Origin: Gemmatales bacterium
Lineage (GTDB): Bacteria; Planctomycetota; Planctomycetia; Gemmatales; HRBIN36
DNA length: 64,000 nucleotides
Reading direction: 5' to 3'
NCBI GenBank assembly: GCA_041640595.1
Contig: JBEPZY010000001.1
Span: forward strand, 544,001 to 608,000
In this document: positions 10,018-21,800 of the stretch, one piece after another
Numbering within the stretch: position 1 is the first letter of the stretch
Layout of the letters: each line of letters starts with the position of its first letter
Notes under the pieces: model-generated
The model's database searches: none
What the model was told of the DNA's origin: nothing
The model's input: the letters and a program-made list of their open reading frames with translations, nothing else
Made by a program: the position numbers and the translations under genes

Positions 10018-10656
10018 CTAGCGCAGGCGGGACAAGATTTGCAGCACCTTGGGCGGCCCTAAGATTTCACGCAACAAAAAGGCGGCTTGCAGATCTTCGC
10101 GGTTTTGCAGATACCTGGAGATAAAGACCAGGGCAGGAGGCGGAGCACGTCGGGTTGCCTGGGCTGGCGGCGAGTGGAACTCGAGAGCGGCTGGACTCAC
10201 CGACAAACCCGCTGTTGATGGTGTCGGAAATGCTCGCGATGGCGGAGGAGCAACGATCGCGCTGGGAGGAAGTACGAAAACAGGCTCCACAGGAACATCC
10301 ACAGGGCCAACTGGTGCCGGACGTTCTGGCGTGCCGACCGGAACGGTCGTGGACGGTGCGGATGGGAGACGACGCGGGCGCGTTACTGGCGAGGGCCGTT
10401 GTTGCTTGCGCCGTCGCTCCAAAAATTCCTTGAGCCGGTCGCTCGACTTCGGCGGTGCGCTGACCGGCTGCACTACCGGAACGTCTTGCGGTGCTGACTG
10501 GCCGGCTGGAAAGACCACGGGTTCGGCGTCCGTTCGGCGGTTCGGACGTGCTACTGGTGGAGGCGGTTGTTGCGGTCGCAGAGCTGTGGATAGCAAATAC
10601 ACCAGAAAAGCAATGACCGGAATCAGGTAAATGACCCAGTCCCCGGCGGCGAGCAT
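10018..10656 (-). CDS. Single-pass, proline-rich membrane protein downstream of floA
   Basis: N-terminal TM helix, Pro-rich linker, C-terminal LQAAFLLREILGPP motif; 18 bp after floA on the same strand. Confidence 0.7.
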   Translation of the reverse strand: MLAAGDWVIYLIPVIAFLVYLLSTALRPQQPPPPVARPNRRTDAEPVVFPAGQSAPQDVPVVQPVSAPPKSSDRLKEFLERRRKQQRPSPVTRPRRLPSAPSTTVPVGTPERPAPVGPVDVPVEPVFVLPPSAIVAPPPSRAFPTPSTAGLSVSPAALEFHSPPAQATRRAPPPALVFISRYLQNREDLQAAFLLREILGPPKVLQILSRLR

Positions 10657-10674
10657 GGAAAATCTCCTGAATGA

Positions 10675-11745
10675 TTATTGCGATTGCGTCGGCCCGCGAT
10701 CAGGCTCCCGGCGTGAGCCAATGCCGGCCACTGCCGAGCGCATTTCCGTATCGGCCTGCAAATTCCGCAAAGCGTAGTAGTCCATAACACCGAGTCGGCC
10801 TTCGCGCAAGGCCACCGCAATGGCGCGAGGGATTTCCGCCTCGGCTTCCACGAGTTTGGCGCGATTTTCTTCGACCTTCGCACGCATTTCTTGCTCAAGA
10901 GCGACAGCGGCAGCCCGACGCTGCTCGGCCTGAGCCTGGGCGACACGCAGATCCGCAGCCGCCTGGTCGGCACGGAGTTTCGCCCCTACGTTTTCGCCCA
11001 CCTCCACATCGGCAATATCCACCGAGACAATGTCGAAAGCGGTCTGGGCATCCAACCCCATCGCCAGCACTTCCTTGGAAATGATGCTGGGGTTGGCCAG
11101 CACCTGCTTGTAGTCATCGGCCTGACCGATGGCCGATACGATACCCTGACCAACGCGGGCGATGATAGTTTCCTCGGTAGCTCCACCCACCAGCCGTTCG
11201 AGTTTCGTTCGCACAGTTACACGAGCCTTGACACGTAGCTGAATACCGTCTTTGGCAACGGCGTCGAGAGTGCGCGTCCCCTTACTGGGATCAGGGCAAT
11301 CAATAACCTTCGGATTGACACTGGTGCGTACCGCGTCGAGAACATCCCGGCCAGCCAGATCAATCGCCGCTGCCCGATTCCACGGTAAATCAATCCCGGC
11401 CTTGTAGGCGGCGATAACGGCTGCGGCTGTTTTCGGCACGTTGCCACGCGCCAGGTAATGGGCTTCCAGATCGCGGGTTTCCACACGGATGCCTGCCTGC
11501 ACCAGGGCAATTTTCTGCTGCACGATCAGTTGGTAATTCACCTTCCGCAGCATCATGCCGATCATGTCGAAGATGCCGACGCCGGCACCGGTTAGCCAGG
11601 ACTGAATCCACAAATTGAAGAAGCGGAAAAACAGCAGCAGGAAAATAACGCCGATAATCCCGGCGACCGCTAACAGAATCCAGACCCAGATCATTTGGTC
11701 TGCACCCGCACGTTGTGCCAGGATCAGCCCAGCCGTTGCGAACAT
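10675..11745 (-). CDS. floA: Flotillin-like protein FloA (YqfA/UPF0365)
   Basis: [51 protein letters not shown] and [14 protein letters not shown] motifs; AAGGAG RBS. Confidence 0.95.
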   Translation of the reverse strand: MFATAGLILAQRAGADQMIWVWILLAVAGIIGVIFLLLFFRFFNLWIQSWLTGAGVGIFDMIGMMLRKVNYQLIVQQKIALVQAGIRVETRDLEAHYLARGNVPKTAAAVIAAYKAGIDLPWNRAAAIDLAGRDVLDAVRTSVNPKVIDCPDPSKGTRTLDAVAKDGIQLRVKARVTVRTKLERLVGGATEETIIARVGQGIVSAIGQADDYKQVLANPSIISKEVLAMGLDAQTAFDIVSVDIADVEVGENVGAKLRADQAAADLRVAQAQAEQRRAAAVALEQEMRAKVEENRAKLVEAEAEIPRAIAVALREGRLGVMDYYALRNLQADTEMRSAVAGIGSRREPDRGPTQSQ

Positions 11746-12033
11746 GGTAAGTCGCTCCTTGATGTTTCGCTTCCTCGGTCAGAATCACCTGATTGCCGGA
11801 TACTCCCAGTGGACTCGCTACCCGTTAATCGCCGACGATTGCCCGCTATTGTTGTAGGAAAAACGGGCACCGGCGGACTCAGGTTTACCGTCCGTCGCGG
11901 AATTTGCTTGTGAACTCGGCAATTCCGTGTGAGTGGCCATAAGAAGGACGGGGATAACAGTACGTGATTTCCGGGTTTCTGCAATGACCCCGGCTGGAGG
12001 CGGAATGGTTTGCGTGCCCACAGGGAATTGTGA

Positions 12034-12576
12034 TCATCCTGTTTCTTCGGCCAGCTGGATTTCGTCGGGGCCGACAGGACGAACAATCACATAGCCGGGT
12101 CGCGCATCCACCACGCGGACGTATTGTCCTGCCTCGACGTAAACGCCCTCGGTTTCAGCGTCAATACGCCGGCCCTGTATCAGCACAATTCCACTGGGAC
12201 GAAGCGGAGACACCGCACGTCCAATCTGCCCTTTCAAAGTGGAATAATCCGCCCGACTGGGGAAAGCTTGCTGTGTCGGTTCTTCCTGAGGCTCCGGAGC
12301 TGCCAGGATAAATCGCTTGCCCAAAGGCGTTTTCGGCCAGTAATAAAAGGCGATTCCCACCACCACGGGAATGAGCACGAAGACAATGGCCACAGTAACC
12401 AGGCCAGCGGTGACACCTCCGCCTCGCGATTCGGGGATGAAGAAAATCATGCCGATGCCCACGATCAGCGAGACCAGCGCCAGCACAAACAGCACGCCCC
12501 CAGACGGAATAAACACTTCCGCTGCCAGCAGAATAAATCCGAGAATGATCAGGCCAATCGGTAGTAGCCAGTCCAT
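12034..12576 (-). CDS. Short NfeD family protein (TM helices + OB-fold)
   Basis: AEVFIPSGG hydrophobic N-terminus; C-terminal GRAVSPLRPSG..I.GRRIDA..EG.YV..GQYVRVV NfeD OB-fold motif. Confidence 0.88.
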   Translation of the reverse strand: MDWLLPIGLIILGFILLAAEVFIPSGGVLFVLALVSLIVGIGMIFFIPESRGGGVTAGLVTVAIVFVLIPVVVGIAFYYWPKTPLGKRFILAAPEPQEEPTQQAFPSRADYSTLKGQIGRAVSPLRPSGIVLIQGRRIDAETEGVYVEAGQYVRVVDARPGYVIVRPVGPDEIQLAEETG

Positions 12577-12740
12577 ACCACACTAGGTACGTTTTGAATC
12601 CTCACTATTAGTTTAGCGACCAGGAAACTGAACGGAAGCGCACATGGGATGAATTTGTCGGCCTGGAAAGCACCGGCCCTTTCAGCATCCGGCACACCGA
12701 GGCTTATGTGGCTTTTGCACTTTGCCATGCCGTCTCGTCG

Positions 12741-14975
12741 TCACGGCGAGGGCAAAGCCTGAACTACGATGCGAGTACCTTCCACCTGGACTACCTGCAC
12801 TCGCGTTCCCGCTTCGAGGTACTGGCCCTCTGCTATGACGTCAAGCTGAACGTCGCCAAAACGAGCCTTTCCAGCCGGGCGCAATGCCGTCGTCGCTACG
12901 CCGACCGCGCCCACATATTGCTGATACTCCTGCACAGGAACCGCTGTGGTTTCCGTCGGGCTGACAGGTTCCGGTGGGGGCAGGACTAATCCTTTCAAGA
13001 ACGGCACACTCGGCAGATGCCGACCGATTAAGAAGGCCAGGGCGATTGCCGCCACCAGTCCGCCTCCCAGAATGCCCAAATACTTCGCCAGATTGAAATA
13101 TTCCTCGGTAGATTGCGGCCAGTGTTGCACCAGCAGCAAGGCGACACTGCAAATCACCAGCAGCACGCCACTGAACCCTGCCACGACCATGCCCGGCAAT
13201 ACAAACAACTCGACCAGCAACAGCACCAACCCCAGCATGAATAGCAGAATCGCCAGCGAATTGACTTCTCGAGCCAGCCAGGAATGGGCCCAGAACATCA
13301 ACACGAAGCATACCGCCGCAATTACCGCTGGCAGTCCAATCCCTCCTGTTTTGAATTCCAGCAGCAGACACGTGAATCCGAGGATGAAAAGAAACACGGT
13401 CGTTACGGGATGGGCAATGATGTTGACCAGTTCGTCGAGCCAATCGCTCCGCATTTCCACCGTATTCTCTCGTTTCAGGCCAAACAGATTGAGCACCGCT
13501 TCTCGGGAGGCGTCGTCAGGCAACACAAAGCGACTAACTCCCAGGGCCCGGGCTTGCTGGCCGGTCACCGTAAGCAAGCGAAACGGCCTGTCGAGAATTT
13601 CGAATTCCGCACGTCGCCGTTCGGCTTCGTCCCGTCGGAGAACGAAAGTCGCACCGGCACCGGGAACCTCCTTTTTAGCACGCACCCGTACCAGCTCCAG
13701 CTCCGGATCGAACAGCGCCTCGGCAAGTGCTTCTCCACCGTGGAAGCGGGTGAGTTCGCGTAGGCTTCGCACATACGGTTCAAGTTCGAGAGGGCTGAGG
13801 ACTCGCCGGCCACTGCCACGAACCTGCTGCATATCGCCCAGCTCTGCCGATTGGCACAAAACGATTTCCCGACAGGCAAAGGCCAGGTACGTTGCTGCTC
13901 CGCTGGCACGCTTAGGAATATAGGCTACCGTAAGCACTTTGCCCTGCTCGCGTTGAATGTCCTGAATGAGGCGAGCTACCTCCTGAGCTCCACGAGCATT
14001 GCCGCCAGCACCAATTTCGAAAACAACGCAGCCAGCGTTCAACTTTTGTACGGCCCGTTCCCACTTCCGCCGTAAAGTGCTCACCGTTCCCGCATCGAGG
14101 TCGTTGCTCACGACGATCCAGGCGACTTTGCTTTCCGGGTTTACCGCCACGCTGCCGAGCAAAACGGCCCGGTCTAAGTGCAATTGGTCCACAAGTTCCT
14201 CCAGACCACTGACTTTGCCGGAGACCAGGCGAAATTCCCGGGCCGCCTGTTCGGCACTGATGACGCTGGCCCCTTCGCCGCCTGGAATAACCAGTTGTCC
14301 GCCTTCGCCAGCTCCGATCAACAAATCCGGCGGAATTTCCAGCTGACGCGCCAGCGGTGTGTCTTCCAGCTTGTAGGTGCGTTGACCGTTTTCGATTACC
14401 TGGTACACACTGAGCGGCTGATAAATCAGGCGCAGAACAACGGCCAGGTACAACCCGCGCCCGCGTGCGATTTCTTCATAGATGGCACGGTCGGCTTTGC
14501 TGAGCGGTGCTTCCTGGCCGACGGTAACTTTCCCCAGGGCACCTTCGGGACCAAGCCAGCGATACTCCGCTGCCAGAAATGGCAATATCAGATGGCCGGA
14601 AAGCGGTTTATCCGCGTAAGCGTGAATGTTCGCGCGACCTCGAATTTCGCGGAACAGGTAGTTGGCCAGGTCGCGGGCTACTCCCAACGAACTGGGGGCA
14701 CCAGGCTGGAAATGCAGGATAATCTTGCGAACGCCCAGGCCGATGTGGTGTTCGACCTCGTTGCGGAGCTGGTTGACGGCTTCCGAGCTGAGCGGACTGC
14801 GGACTACCAGATAGGCACCACTTTCACGCTCCGGTTGGCTCCACGAGACATGCACCGCTGCCGACAGCATCCATAGAAAGCTTGCCAGTGCAGCGCAACG
14901 CAGGGCAACCGAAGCTGACAGCTTCCCTGCCAGACCGAGCCTCCGCTCAGTTTGTTGCTGTGCAACCTGCCTCAT
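12741..14975 (-). CDS. Long NfeD family protein with two ClpP/crotonase-like domains
   Basis: Start moved to about 14975 to avoid overlap with addB. Signal-like segment, two ClpP-like repeats, TM block (LLEFKT.G.G, LLVELFVLPG), C-terminal OB-fold (TTALRPAGKARFG). Confidence 0.85.
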   Translation of the reverse strand: MRQVAQQQTERRLGLAGKLSASVALRCAALASFLWMLSAAVHVSWSQPERESGAYLVVRSPLSSEAVNQLRNEVEHHIGLGVRKIILHFQPGAPSSLGVARDLANYLFREIRGRANIHAYADKPLSGHLILPFLAAEYRWLGPEGALGKVTVGQEAPLSKADRAIYEEIARGRGLYLAVVLRLIYQPLSVYQVIENGQRTYKLEDTPLARQLEIPPDLLIGAGEGGQLVIPGGEGASVISAEQAAREFRLVSGKVSGLEELVDQLHLDRAVLLGSVAVNPESKVAWIVVSNDLDAGTVSTLRRKWERAVQKLNAGCVVFEIGAGGNARGAQEVARLIQDIQREQGKVLTVAYIPKRASGAATYLAFACREIVLCQSAELGDMQQVRGSGRRVLSPLELEPYVRSLRELTRFHGGEALAEALFDPELELVRVRAKKEVPGAGATFVLRRDEAERRRAEFEILDRPFRLLTVTGQQARALGVSRFVLPDDASREAVLNLFGLKRENTVEMRSDWLDELVNIIAHPVTTVFLFILGFTCLLLEFKTGGIGLPAVIAAVCFVLMFWAHSWLAREVNSLAILLFMLGLVLLLVELFVLPGMVVAGFSGVLLVICSVALLLVQHWPQSTEEYFNLAKYLGILGGGLVAAIALAFLIGRHLPSVPFLKGLVLPPPEPVSPTETTAVPVQEYQQYVGAVGVATTALRPAGKARFGDVQLDVIAEGQYLEAGTRVQVVQVEGTRIVVQALPSP

Positions 14976-15096
14976 ACCCGTCCCAACCTCAAGCGCGCCA
15001 ATAGGTGTATTTCTCCTTGGCCAAATCCGCCATTGTTCTGTGATGATTATAGAATGGTCAAAAATTCCCGTCAAAAGCGCACACAGGGTAACGATC

Positions 15097-18000
15097 ATGG
15101 TCGCCAGGAAGCTTCGACGAGTGCGCTTCTTGCTGGGCCGGGCTGGTTCTGGCAAGACTTTTCGCTGTTTGCAGGAAATTCGTGAAGAGGCCAAACGCGA
15201 GCCGCTCGGGCCGCCCTTGATTCTTCTGGTGCCGGAGCAGGCGACTTATCAAATGGACCGTGCCCTGCTCGAAGGCGATTCGCTTTCGGCAACGTTACGC
15301 TGCCAGGTTCTGTCCTTTCGCCGACTGGCGCACCTGGTGCTGGAGGAAAGTCTTAACCGCAGGCGCGTTCTCAGCGATGTTGGCCGGCAAATGGTCGTGC
15401 AAGCGTTGCTTTATCGGTATCGCTCGGAATGGCGTTTTTTTGACACGCACGGGATTCGTCCGGGCCTGACCGCCCACCTGAGCCGAATCCTCCACGAATT
15501 TCGCCAGTATCGCGTTACACCCGAGATGCTTCAGCGGGTGATAGCCCAGCTAACGAGCCAGCATGGAACCGACTGGCCCTTAGTCCGCAAGCTTACCGAT
15601 CTGGCTCGATTAGCTGCCGCCTACCAGGAATTCATCACCCAGCATTGTTACGATGGGGACGACATCGCCATCATGCTCCGCCAGGCCATTCCGAAAACGG
15701 TCTGGCTGTGCCATGCCAGGCTGTGGGTTGACAGTTTCGGCGACTTTACGAAGCAGGAGTACGAATTGCTCGAGGCCTTGCTTGAGGTAGTTAGCGAAGC
15801 CACCTTTTCGCTCTGCCTGGACCCGCAGGTTCTCGAACTAAATGAGAACAGTGTGGACACGACGCGGTTGTTTCACCGTGCTGAAGAAACCTATCGCCGG
15901 CTACGTCAGTTAGTTCCTGGTCAGACACGTGTGGAGATCGTTCGCCTGCCCCAGGAAGACTTTTGTCCACGGTTTCGGACTGCGGAACTGGCATGGATTG
16001 AACAACGAATGTTTGCCGACCTGGTAACTACGTCGCCAGTGCCGCAAGCCCCTACGGATGGTTCAGGAGTCACCGCTGTGGTAAATAACACGGCGGGGCA
16101 GCAGGCCGGTTCCACCAGTGTGGCTCCGAGTTTAGCGCAAATGCCGCATGAGACCGAAACCATTTCTTGCAAGGACAGCGTTACCTGCGTCCATCTGGTT
16201 GAAGCTACCACTCGCCGAGCCGAGGTCGAATATGCCGCCCGCACCATTCGCCGACTGGTTATGGAAGAAGGTTGGCGCTACCGGCAAATTGCCGTGATTG
16301 TGCGGGAGCTGGACGATTACCGGTCATTAATCGAGGCCGTTTTCCCCGATTACGGTATTCCCTTCTTTACCGACCAGCGGCGCAGTGTTCGTCATCATCC
16401 GCTCGTGGAGTTCGTGCGATCAGCTCTTCGCGTAGCTCTGGACAACTGGCGCCGCACCGATGTCGTTCGCTGGTTGCGAACGGAGTTTCCGATGACTGTT
16501 TCCGAACGTTCCGAGGTTCGGGAGATCGTTGACCGTTTGGAGCAATACGCTGAGGAACACGGGCTGGATGGTGCGATTTGGCGCAAACGACAATGGCGAA
16601 TCCGTCAGCCGGCAGGAGACAACCTTCCCGACTACTTGCGGCCGGAAATCCTCAATCGCGAGCGACTCCGTCTGACCGAGCCACTGCAGGAATTTTGCCA
16701 CCAGGTGGCAAATGAGTCGAACGCCCGAGAAAGCCGAGTGCCGCAAGCAATACCAGTACGGAAAGCCTTGCTGGCCTTGTGGCAAATGTTCGAGCGGTTA
16801 CGCGTCGCGGAAACGCTGGAACGATGGCAGGAACAAGCGCGTCAGGCTGGCCGACTTGACGAGGCTGCCGAGCACGTTCAGGTTTGGGAAAATCTCCTGG
16901 AATTGCTGCAGGAGATGCACTTGGCCCTGGGCGATGTCGAGCTTTCCCTGGAAGAGCTGGTGGCGGTACTCGAGGCCGGACTGGACAGCCTGACTTTGGG
17001 AATTGTTCCCCCGGCACTGGATGAGGTGCTGATCGGTGCTATTGAACGGTCACGACAACCGGAATTACGCGGCGTCTTCTTGCTCGGTGTCAACGAGGGT
17101 GTCTTTCCCCGTTTAGGCCAGGATGACCCGGTGTTGAGCGACCGCGATCGGGAGATGCTCAAGAGGCAGGGCATCGAACTGGCACCGACCAGTGAGGCGC
17201 GGCATCTTCAGGAACAGTATCTCGGCTACATTGCGTTTACGCGGGCTTCCGAGCGACTTTGGGTCAGTTACGCCCTGACGGATGACAGTAACCGGCCTTT
17301 GTTGCCATCGTCGTTCGTCGAGCGTTTGCATCGGCTCTTTCCGAATCTGAAGCCACAACGGGCAGACACAATCTCGCCGGCCAGCGAACCGTCCGCAGTG
17401 ATAACCTGGCACGAGCTGGCGACTGCTCTGGCAATCCAGGGCCGAAATCGCTCGGCTACCCGACGAACCATAATCCCAAGCGCCGAAATGTCTCCGGCTA
17501 CGGAGCGCGTCTGGTCACAGTTACGCGAAAGTTGTCGGCATCACCCGCATCTTCCTCAAGTGGTCCGCATGGCCCTGAAAGCTCCGGACTACACAAACGA
17601 GGTGGAACTGCCGACGGAGTTGGCACAGCGGCTTTTTTTGACGGGTCAGCAATTGCTTCTGACGGTGTCGGAACTGGAAAGTTACGCGTGGTGCCCCTTT
17701 CAATTTTTCGCCAGCAGCGGGTTGCGGTTGCGACCCCGGCAATCCTTTCGCTTATCCCGTCAGGATTTGGGGCAGCTTCTGCACCATGTGTTACAGTGTT
17801 TCCTGAACCGCTACGTGCTGGAGTTTCCCCTCGGTGGAGACTCTCTTGAAGAACACAGTAAGGCCAAAACGAGCGCGGAGTCTCAGACCGAAAGGGAGCA
17901 ACGCCTGTTAAAAGTGCTGCACGAGGTTGCGGAGGCGGTAATCCAGGAACTCGACGACGACCGGTTCCAACAAACTGCTCGCCGAAAATACGTCTGGCGT

Positions 18001-18891
18001 CAGGCCTGCCGCATCCTGAGCAGTTACGTACTGGCTCTCGATGCCCAATTGCGCGCGGGGGCGTTTGTTCCTCATCGGTGGGAATTACCATTCGGCCACA
18101 ATCAGCCAGGCTCCGCGTTTTTTAGCGTAACACTCACTGAGACAGGCGAGAATGACCCAGGCGAATCCTGGGTACTCATTCCGCGTGGTCGGGTAGATCG
18201 AATTGATGTGGTTCCCAGTCCGGCGACTGGTTCACCGCTGGAAGCAACCGAGCAGAACGAACCTTTGGGCAGTGAGAAGTCGCAATCGGCCGCCTGGCTT
18301 CGTGTGGTGGATTACAAACTCTCCCCGTCTAAGCTGTACCTGGATCGCGTTTATTACGGGCTGGACTTGCAGCTCATGATGTATTTGTTGGTAGCGCAGC
18401 AGTTGTACGGTGAGCAGGTGCGATTGGCTGGGGCGTTTTATGCACCGCTGCGATCGCCCGGGCAGAGCGTGTCCGAACGCAGAGAAAGTAGCTGGCGAGA
18501 ATGGTTACGCGGTTACCGTTTGCGTGGCGTCCTCGTGACCGAAGCGGCGTCGCTATTTGATTTGAAATCCGAATCGGGTTGGTCGCCGTATGTCCAGCTT
18601 TTCTGGAAGAAAGACGGTACTTTGGGGTATGAATCGAATTCGGACACGCTCAACGGGGCTCTGTTGCAAGGTCTTGCCGGGCATGTGCGCAACCAGCTTC
18701 GACAGATCGGGCTAAGCATCCTGCAAGGCCGAATCGCAGTGCAGCCAGCTTTCCATCGGGACCACCTCCCTTGCACACTGTGTGCCCTGGCCAGTGTTTG
18801 CCGTTTCGATCGCAGTTTGGATACCTACCGGCGTTTGCCAACCCGGAACAAGAACGAAATCATCCAGGAGCTCGAGGGTTCTGCATCATGA
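15097..18891 (+). CDS. addB: ATP-dependent helicase/nuclease subunit B (AddB-like)
   Basis: GRAGSGKT, LLVPEQATYQM, QVLSFRRLA, YIAFTRASERL; Fe-S staple cysteines WCPF and PCTLCALASVCRFD; nuclease RGRVDRID...VDYK. Confidence 0.92.
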   Translation: MVARKLRRVRFLLGRAGSGKTFRCLQEIREEAKREPLGPPLILLVPEQATYQMDRALLEGDSLSATLRCQVLSFRRLAHLVLEESLNRRRVLSDVGRQMVVQALLYRYRSEWRFFDTHGIRPGLTAHLSRILHEFRQYRVTPEMLQRVIAQLTSQHGTDWPLVRKLTDLARLAAAYQEFITQHCYDGDDIAIMLRQAIPKTVWLCHARLWVDSFGDFTKQEYELLEALLEVVSEATFSLCLDPQVLELNENSVDTTRLFHRAEETYRRLRQLVPGQTRVEIVRLPQEDFCPRFRTAELAWIEQRMFADLVTTSPVPQAPTDGSGVTAVVNNTAGQQAGSTSVAPSLAQMPHETETISCKDSVTCVHLVEATTRRAEVEYAARTIRRLVMEEGWRYRQIAVIVRELDDYRSLIEAVFPDYGIPFFTDQRRSVRHHPLVEFVRSALRVALDNWRRTDVVRWLRTEFPMTVSERSEVREIVDRLEQYAEEHGLDGAIWRKRQWRIRQPAGDNLPDYLRPEILNRERLRLTEPLQEFCHQVANESNARESRVPQAIPVRKALLALWQMFERLRVAETLERWQEQARQAGRLDEAAEHVQVWENLLELLQEMHLALGDVELSLEELVAVLEAGLDSLTLGIVPPALDEVLIGAIERSRQPELRGVFLLGVNEGVFPRLGQDDPVLSDRDREMLKRQGIELAPTSEARHLQEQYLGYIAFTRASERLWVSYALTDDSNRPLLPSSFVERLHRLFPNLKPQRADTISPASEPSAVITWHELATALAIQGRNRSATRRTIIPSAEMSPATERVWSQLRESCRHHPHLPQVVRMALKAPDYTNEVELPTELAQRLFLTGQQLLLTVSELESYAWCPFQFFASSGLRLRPRQSFRLSRQDLGQLLHHVLQCFLNRYVLEFPLGGDSLEEHSKAKTSAESQTEREQRLLKVLHEVAEAVIQELDDDRFQQTARRKYVWRQACRILSSYVLALDAQLRAGAFVPHRWELPFGHNQPGSAFFSVTLTETGENDPGESWVLIPRGRVDRIDVVPSPATGSPLEATEQNEPLGSEKSQSAAWLRVVDYKLSPSKLYLDRVYYGLDLQLMMYLLVAQQLYGEQVRLAGAFYAPLRSPGQSVSERRESSWREWLRGYRLRGVLVTEAASLFDLKSESGWSPYVQLFWKKDGTLGYESNSDTLNGALLQGLAGHVRNQLRQIGLSILQGRIAVQPAFHRDHLPCTLCALASVCRFDRSLDTYRRLPTRNKNEIIQELEGSAS

Positions 18892-21800
18892 TCGAATTGA
18901 CACCCGAGCAACGCATGGCAGTTTATCTCGACTGTCCCCGCTTGCTGGTCAGCGCCAGCGCTGGCACGGGCAAGACTCAGGTTCTGACGCAACGCTATTT
19001 GCGGTTGGTGCTGGAGCGTCAAGTCGAAGTCGGGCAGATCGTAGCGGTAACCTTCACCGAAGCGGCAGCGGCGGAAATGCGCTCCAGAATCGGCCAGGCG
19101 TTGCGAAGTCGTTTGCAGTCGCCCGGCGCGGGAATTCAGGCCGATTGGTTGCGGCGACAACTGCTGCTATTGGAACGGGCTCCGATATGCACGCTGCATA
19201 GTTTTTGCCTGCGGATGGTGCGGGAATTTTTCTTTTTGCTGGATCTCGACCCGGACTTTTCGGTTCTGGATGCCGCTGAAGCGGCCGTGCTGAAAGCGGA
19301 CGTCCTGGAAGATACGCTGGAGCGATGGTTTGAACAATGCCCTGACGGGGTTGACGACGAAGCGTTTCACCGGCTGGTGGACGAATACGGGGGCCTCCTG
19401 GCCGGCGAGCATTTGTCCCATCTATTGCTGGAACTCGATGCGTTCCTGAATACTTTGCCGGACGCTCAAGCCTGGTGGGACGATGTTGTTTCGCTTCACG
19501 AAAAACCCGACCCGCTATCGGCAAAAACAGAGCGGCTCCGGCTGATCTGGAAGACTATTCCCGCTGAGCAGCACCAGGAAGCTATCGAGGAACTGCGTCA
19601 GCTCGCTCCACTGGTGCGTGTGCTCCGTGCCTTACATGCCGAGTTTGCCGAGACGTACTGGAAGCGGAAATTGCAAAGGGCCTGCGTGGATTTCGACGAC
19701 CTGGAAAAGCTCGCCTGGAAACTTCTCCGCGAACATCCCCGAATTCGAGACGAATTGCGACACCGTTACCGGCACATTCTGGTGGACGAGTACCAGGACA
19801 TCAATCCGCTCCAGAACGCCATTCTGGAATGTTTGCACGGAAATGACCCTCATAACCAATGGTTCATGGTGGGCGATGTGAAACAAAGTATTTACGGTTT
19901 CCGGTTGGCTTGTCCGGCCTTATTTCAGGAAAAGGTGCTTCGGTATCTTCGGGTATCGCCATCGCCGGAAGCCAGCTCGCCAGCACAGTGCGATTTGCCG
20001 CAATTATTGGACAAAGACCTGCCCGGCATACGTGTAGCGTTGACCAAGAATTTCCGGAGCCGACGTACCGTTCTCGATACGATCAACGCCGTCTTTGAGC
20101 AGATCGCTGCCGGTGGTGCCTTTGGTATGCAATACGATGAATCGGAGCAGTTGCACTATGCGTCGGAATACTACGAATCAGCTGGCGAATCGAGCCACGA
20201 AGAACCGGTTTCGCTTCACCTTGTGCCCGGCGCAGCCGAAGAGCAGAATGAATCCGAGGGGGACGAGGCGTCAGCAAATCCGTGGCGAGTGTGGGAGCGG
20301 TTGGAAAACGAGGCTACGGTTGCGGCTGACCTTATTCGCCAGTGGGTTGGTCAGCGTCTCATTTGGGATGTGGAAAAGCGACAATTTCGCCCCGCGGAGT
20401 TTCGCGACATCGCTATTCTGATGCGAGCGGTGCAGGGCAAGGCCGGGACGGTGGTGCGGGCGCTTCGGCAAAACGGTATCCCGGTGCATGCGGAGTTACG
20501 CTCCGGTTTCTGGGAAGCCCTGGAGGTTCGGGACATGCTGGCGGTGCTCGAATTGTTGCGCAATCCTCTGGACGATGTGCCCCTGGCTGCGGTGTTGCGT
20601 TCGCCCTTAGTGGGACTGAGTGCGGCCGAGTTGGCGGAAATTCGCCTGGGTCAGCGCGACGGTCCGTTTTATGTCGCGGTGCACCGTTACGCTCACCACG
20701 AAAGCGGTCCAGTGGCGGAACGGTTACGCACGTTTTTAGGTCAGTTGCAGATGTGGCGAGAACGTGCGTGCCGGCAATCTATTGCGCGCTTGCTTTGGGA
20801 CATTTATCGCGAGACCGGGTATCTCGCTTTCGTACAAGGATTGCCTGATGGTGCAGCCCGGTATGCCAATTTGATCGCGCTGCACGACCGCGCTCGACAG
20901 TTCGAAGCTGGTTCGGGAGGGGATGTCGCACGCTTTCTGCACTACCTGGAACGGTTGCGGCAGCAGGAACAGGATTTCGGCACGGCTTCGGTCTCCGTGC
21001 CGGCGGAAAACGTCGTTCGGCTCATGAGCATCCATCAAAGCAAAGGGCTGGAGTTTCCCATTGTGCTGATCCTGGACATCGGCAGTCAGTTCAATGAGGA
21101 ATCGCTCCGGGGATCGCTTTTGTTCCATCGGGACTTGTTACTGGGAGCGAGGGTGCAGGATGAACGCGGTGTCTATCGCTGGCCGAGCCGACTTTACGAA
21201 CAGATCCAGGCCCAGCTGCGCCGGGATTTGCTGGCAGAGGAACTGCGTTTGCTTTATGTGGCCATGACCCGGGCCCGCGAATGCCTGGCATTGATCGGGA
21301 CGCAAACTCGTTCAACTCAAGCGAGCAAGAGTCGAACAAAAACCGCCAGCAACGCCGCGAAACGAACTGCTACCGATACGGGTAATTCCAACCAATCGGA
21401 CGGTAACGTTGATTCAGAGAAACTTCCGCCGCCGGAGAAACTGCGTTCCCATCTCGAGTGGGTGCTTCCCGTCTTCAAGAGGCTCTCCACGCAACTGAGC
21501 ACTCTGGCTCTTCGCGAATGGAACAGTCTGGAACTGGCGGAGATGAGGCAACGTCTCAGTGCATCCTGGGCAGTCAAAGCCGATGGGGAGACGGTAACTG
21601 ATGCGAACCCGGATTTGCCGTCCGAAGCAACCCGGATGACCGAGACCGATGCGGCGCGGCTGGCGAACGAGACCTTGCGGCGAGTGACGTGGCAATATCC
21701 GTATTTGGCTGCCACGCGATTACCGGGCAAAACCTCGCCGACACGCTGGCGACTGTGGCTGCAACTGGATCCCGAGACGGTCACCTGGCCACAGGTCGTG

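Noticed and set aside
12946..13923. 325-aa plus-strand ORF
   Set aside because: Antisense to nfeD; Ser/Arg/Thr-rich composition typical of shadow frames.
14976..15194. Apparent head-to-head overlap of nfeD and addB
   Set aside because: Artefact of longest-ORF starts; starts at about 14975 and 15097 remove it.
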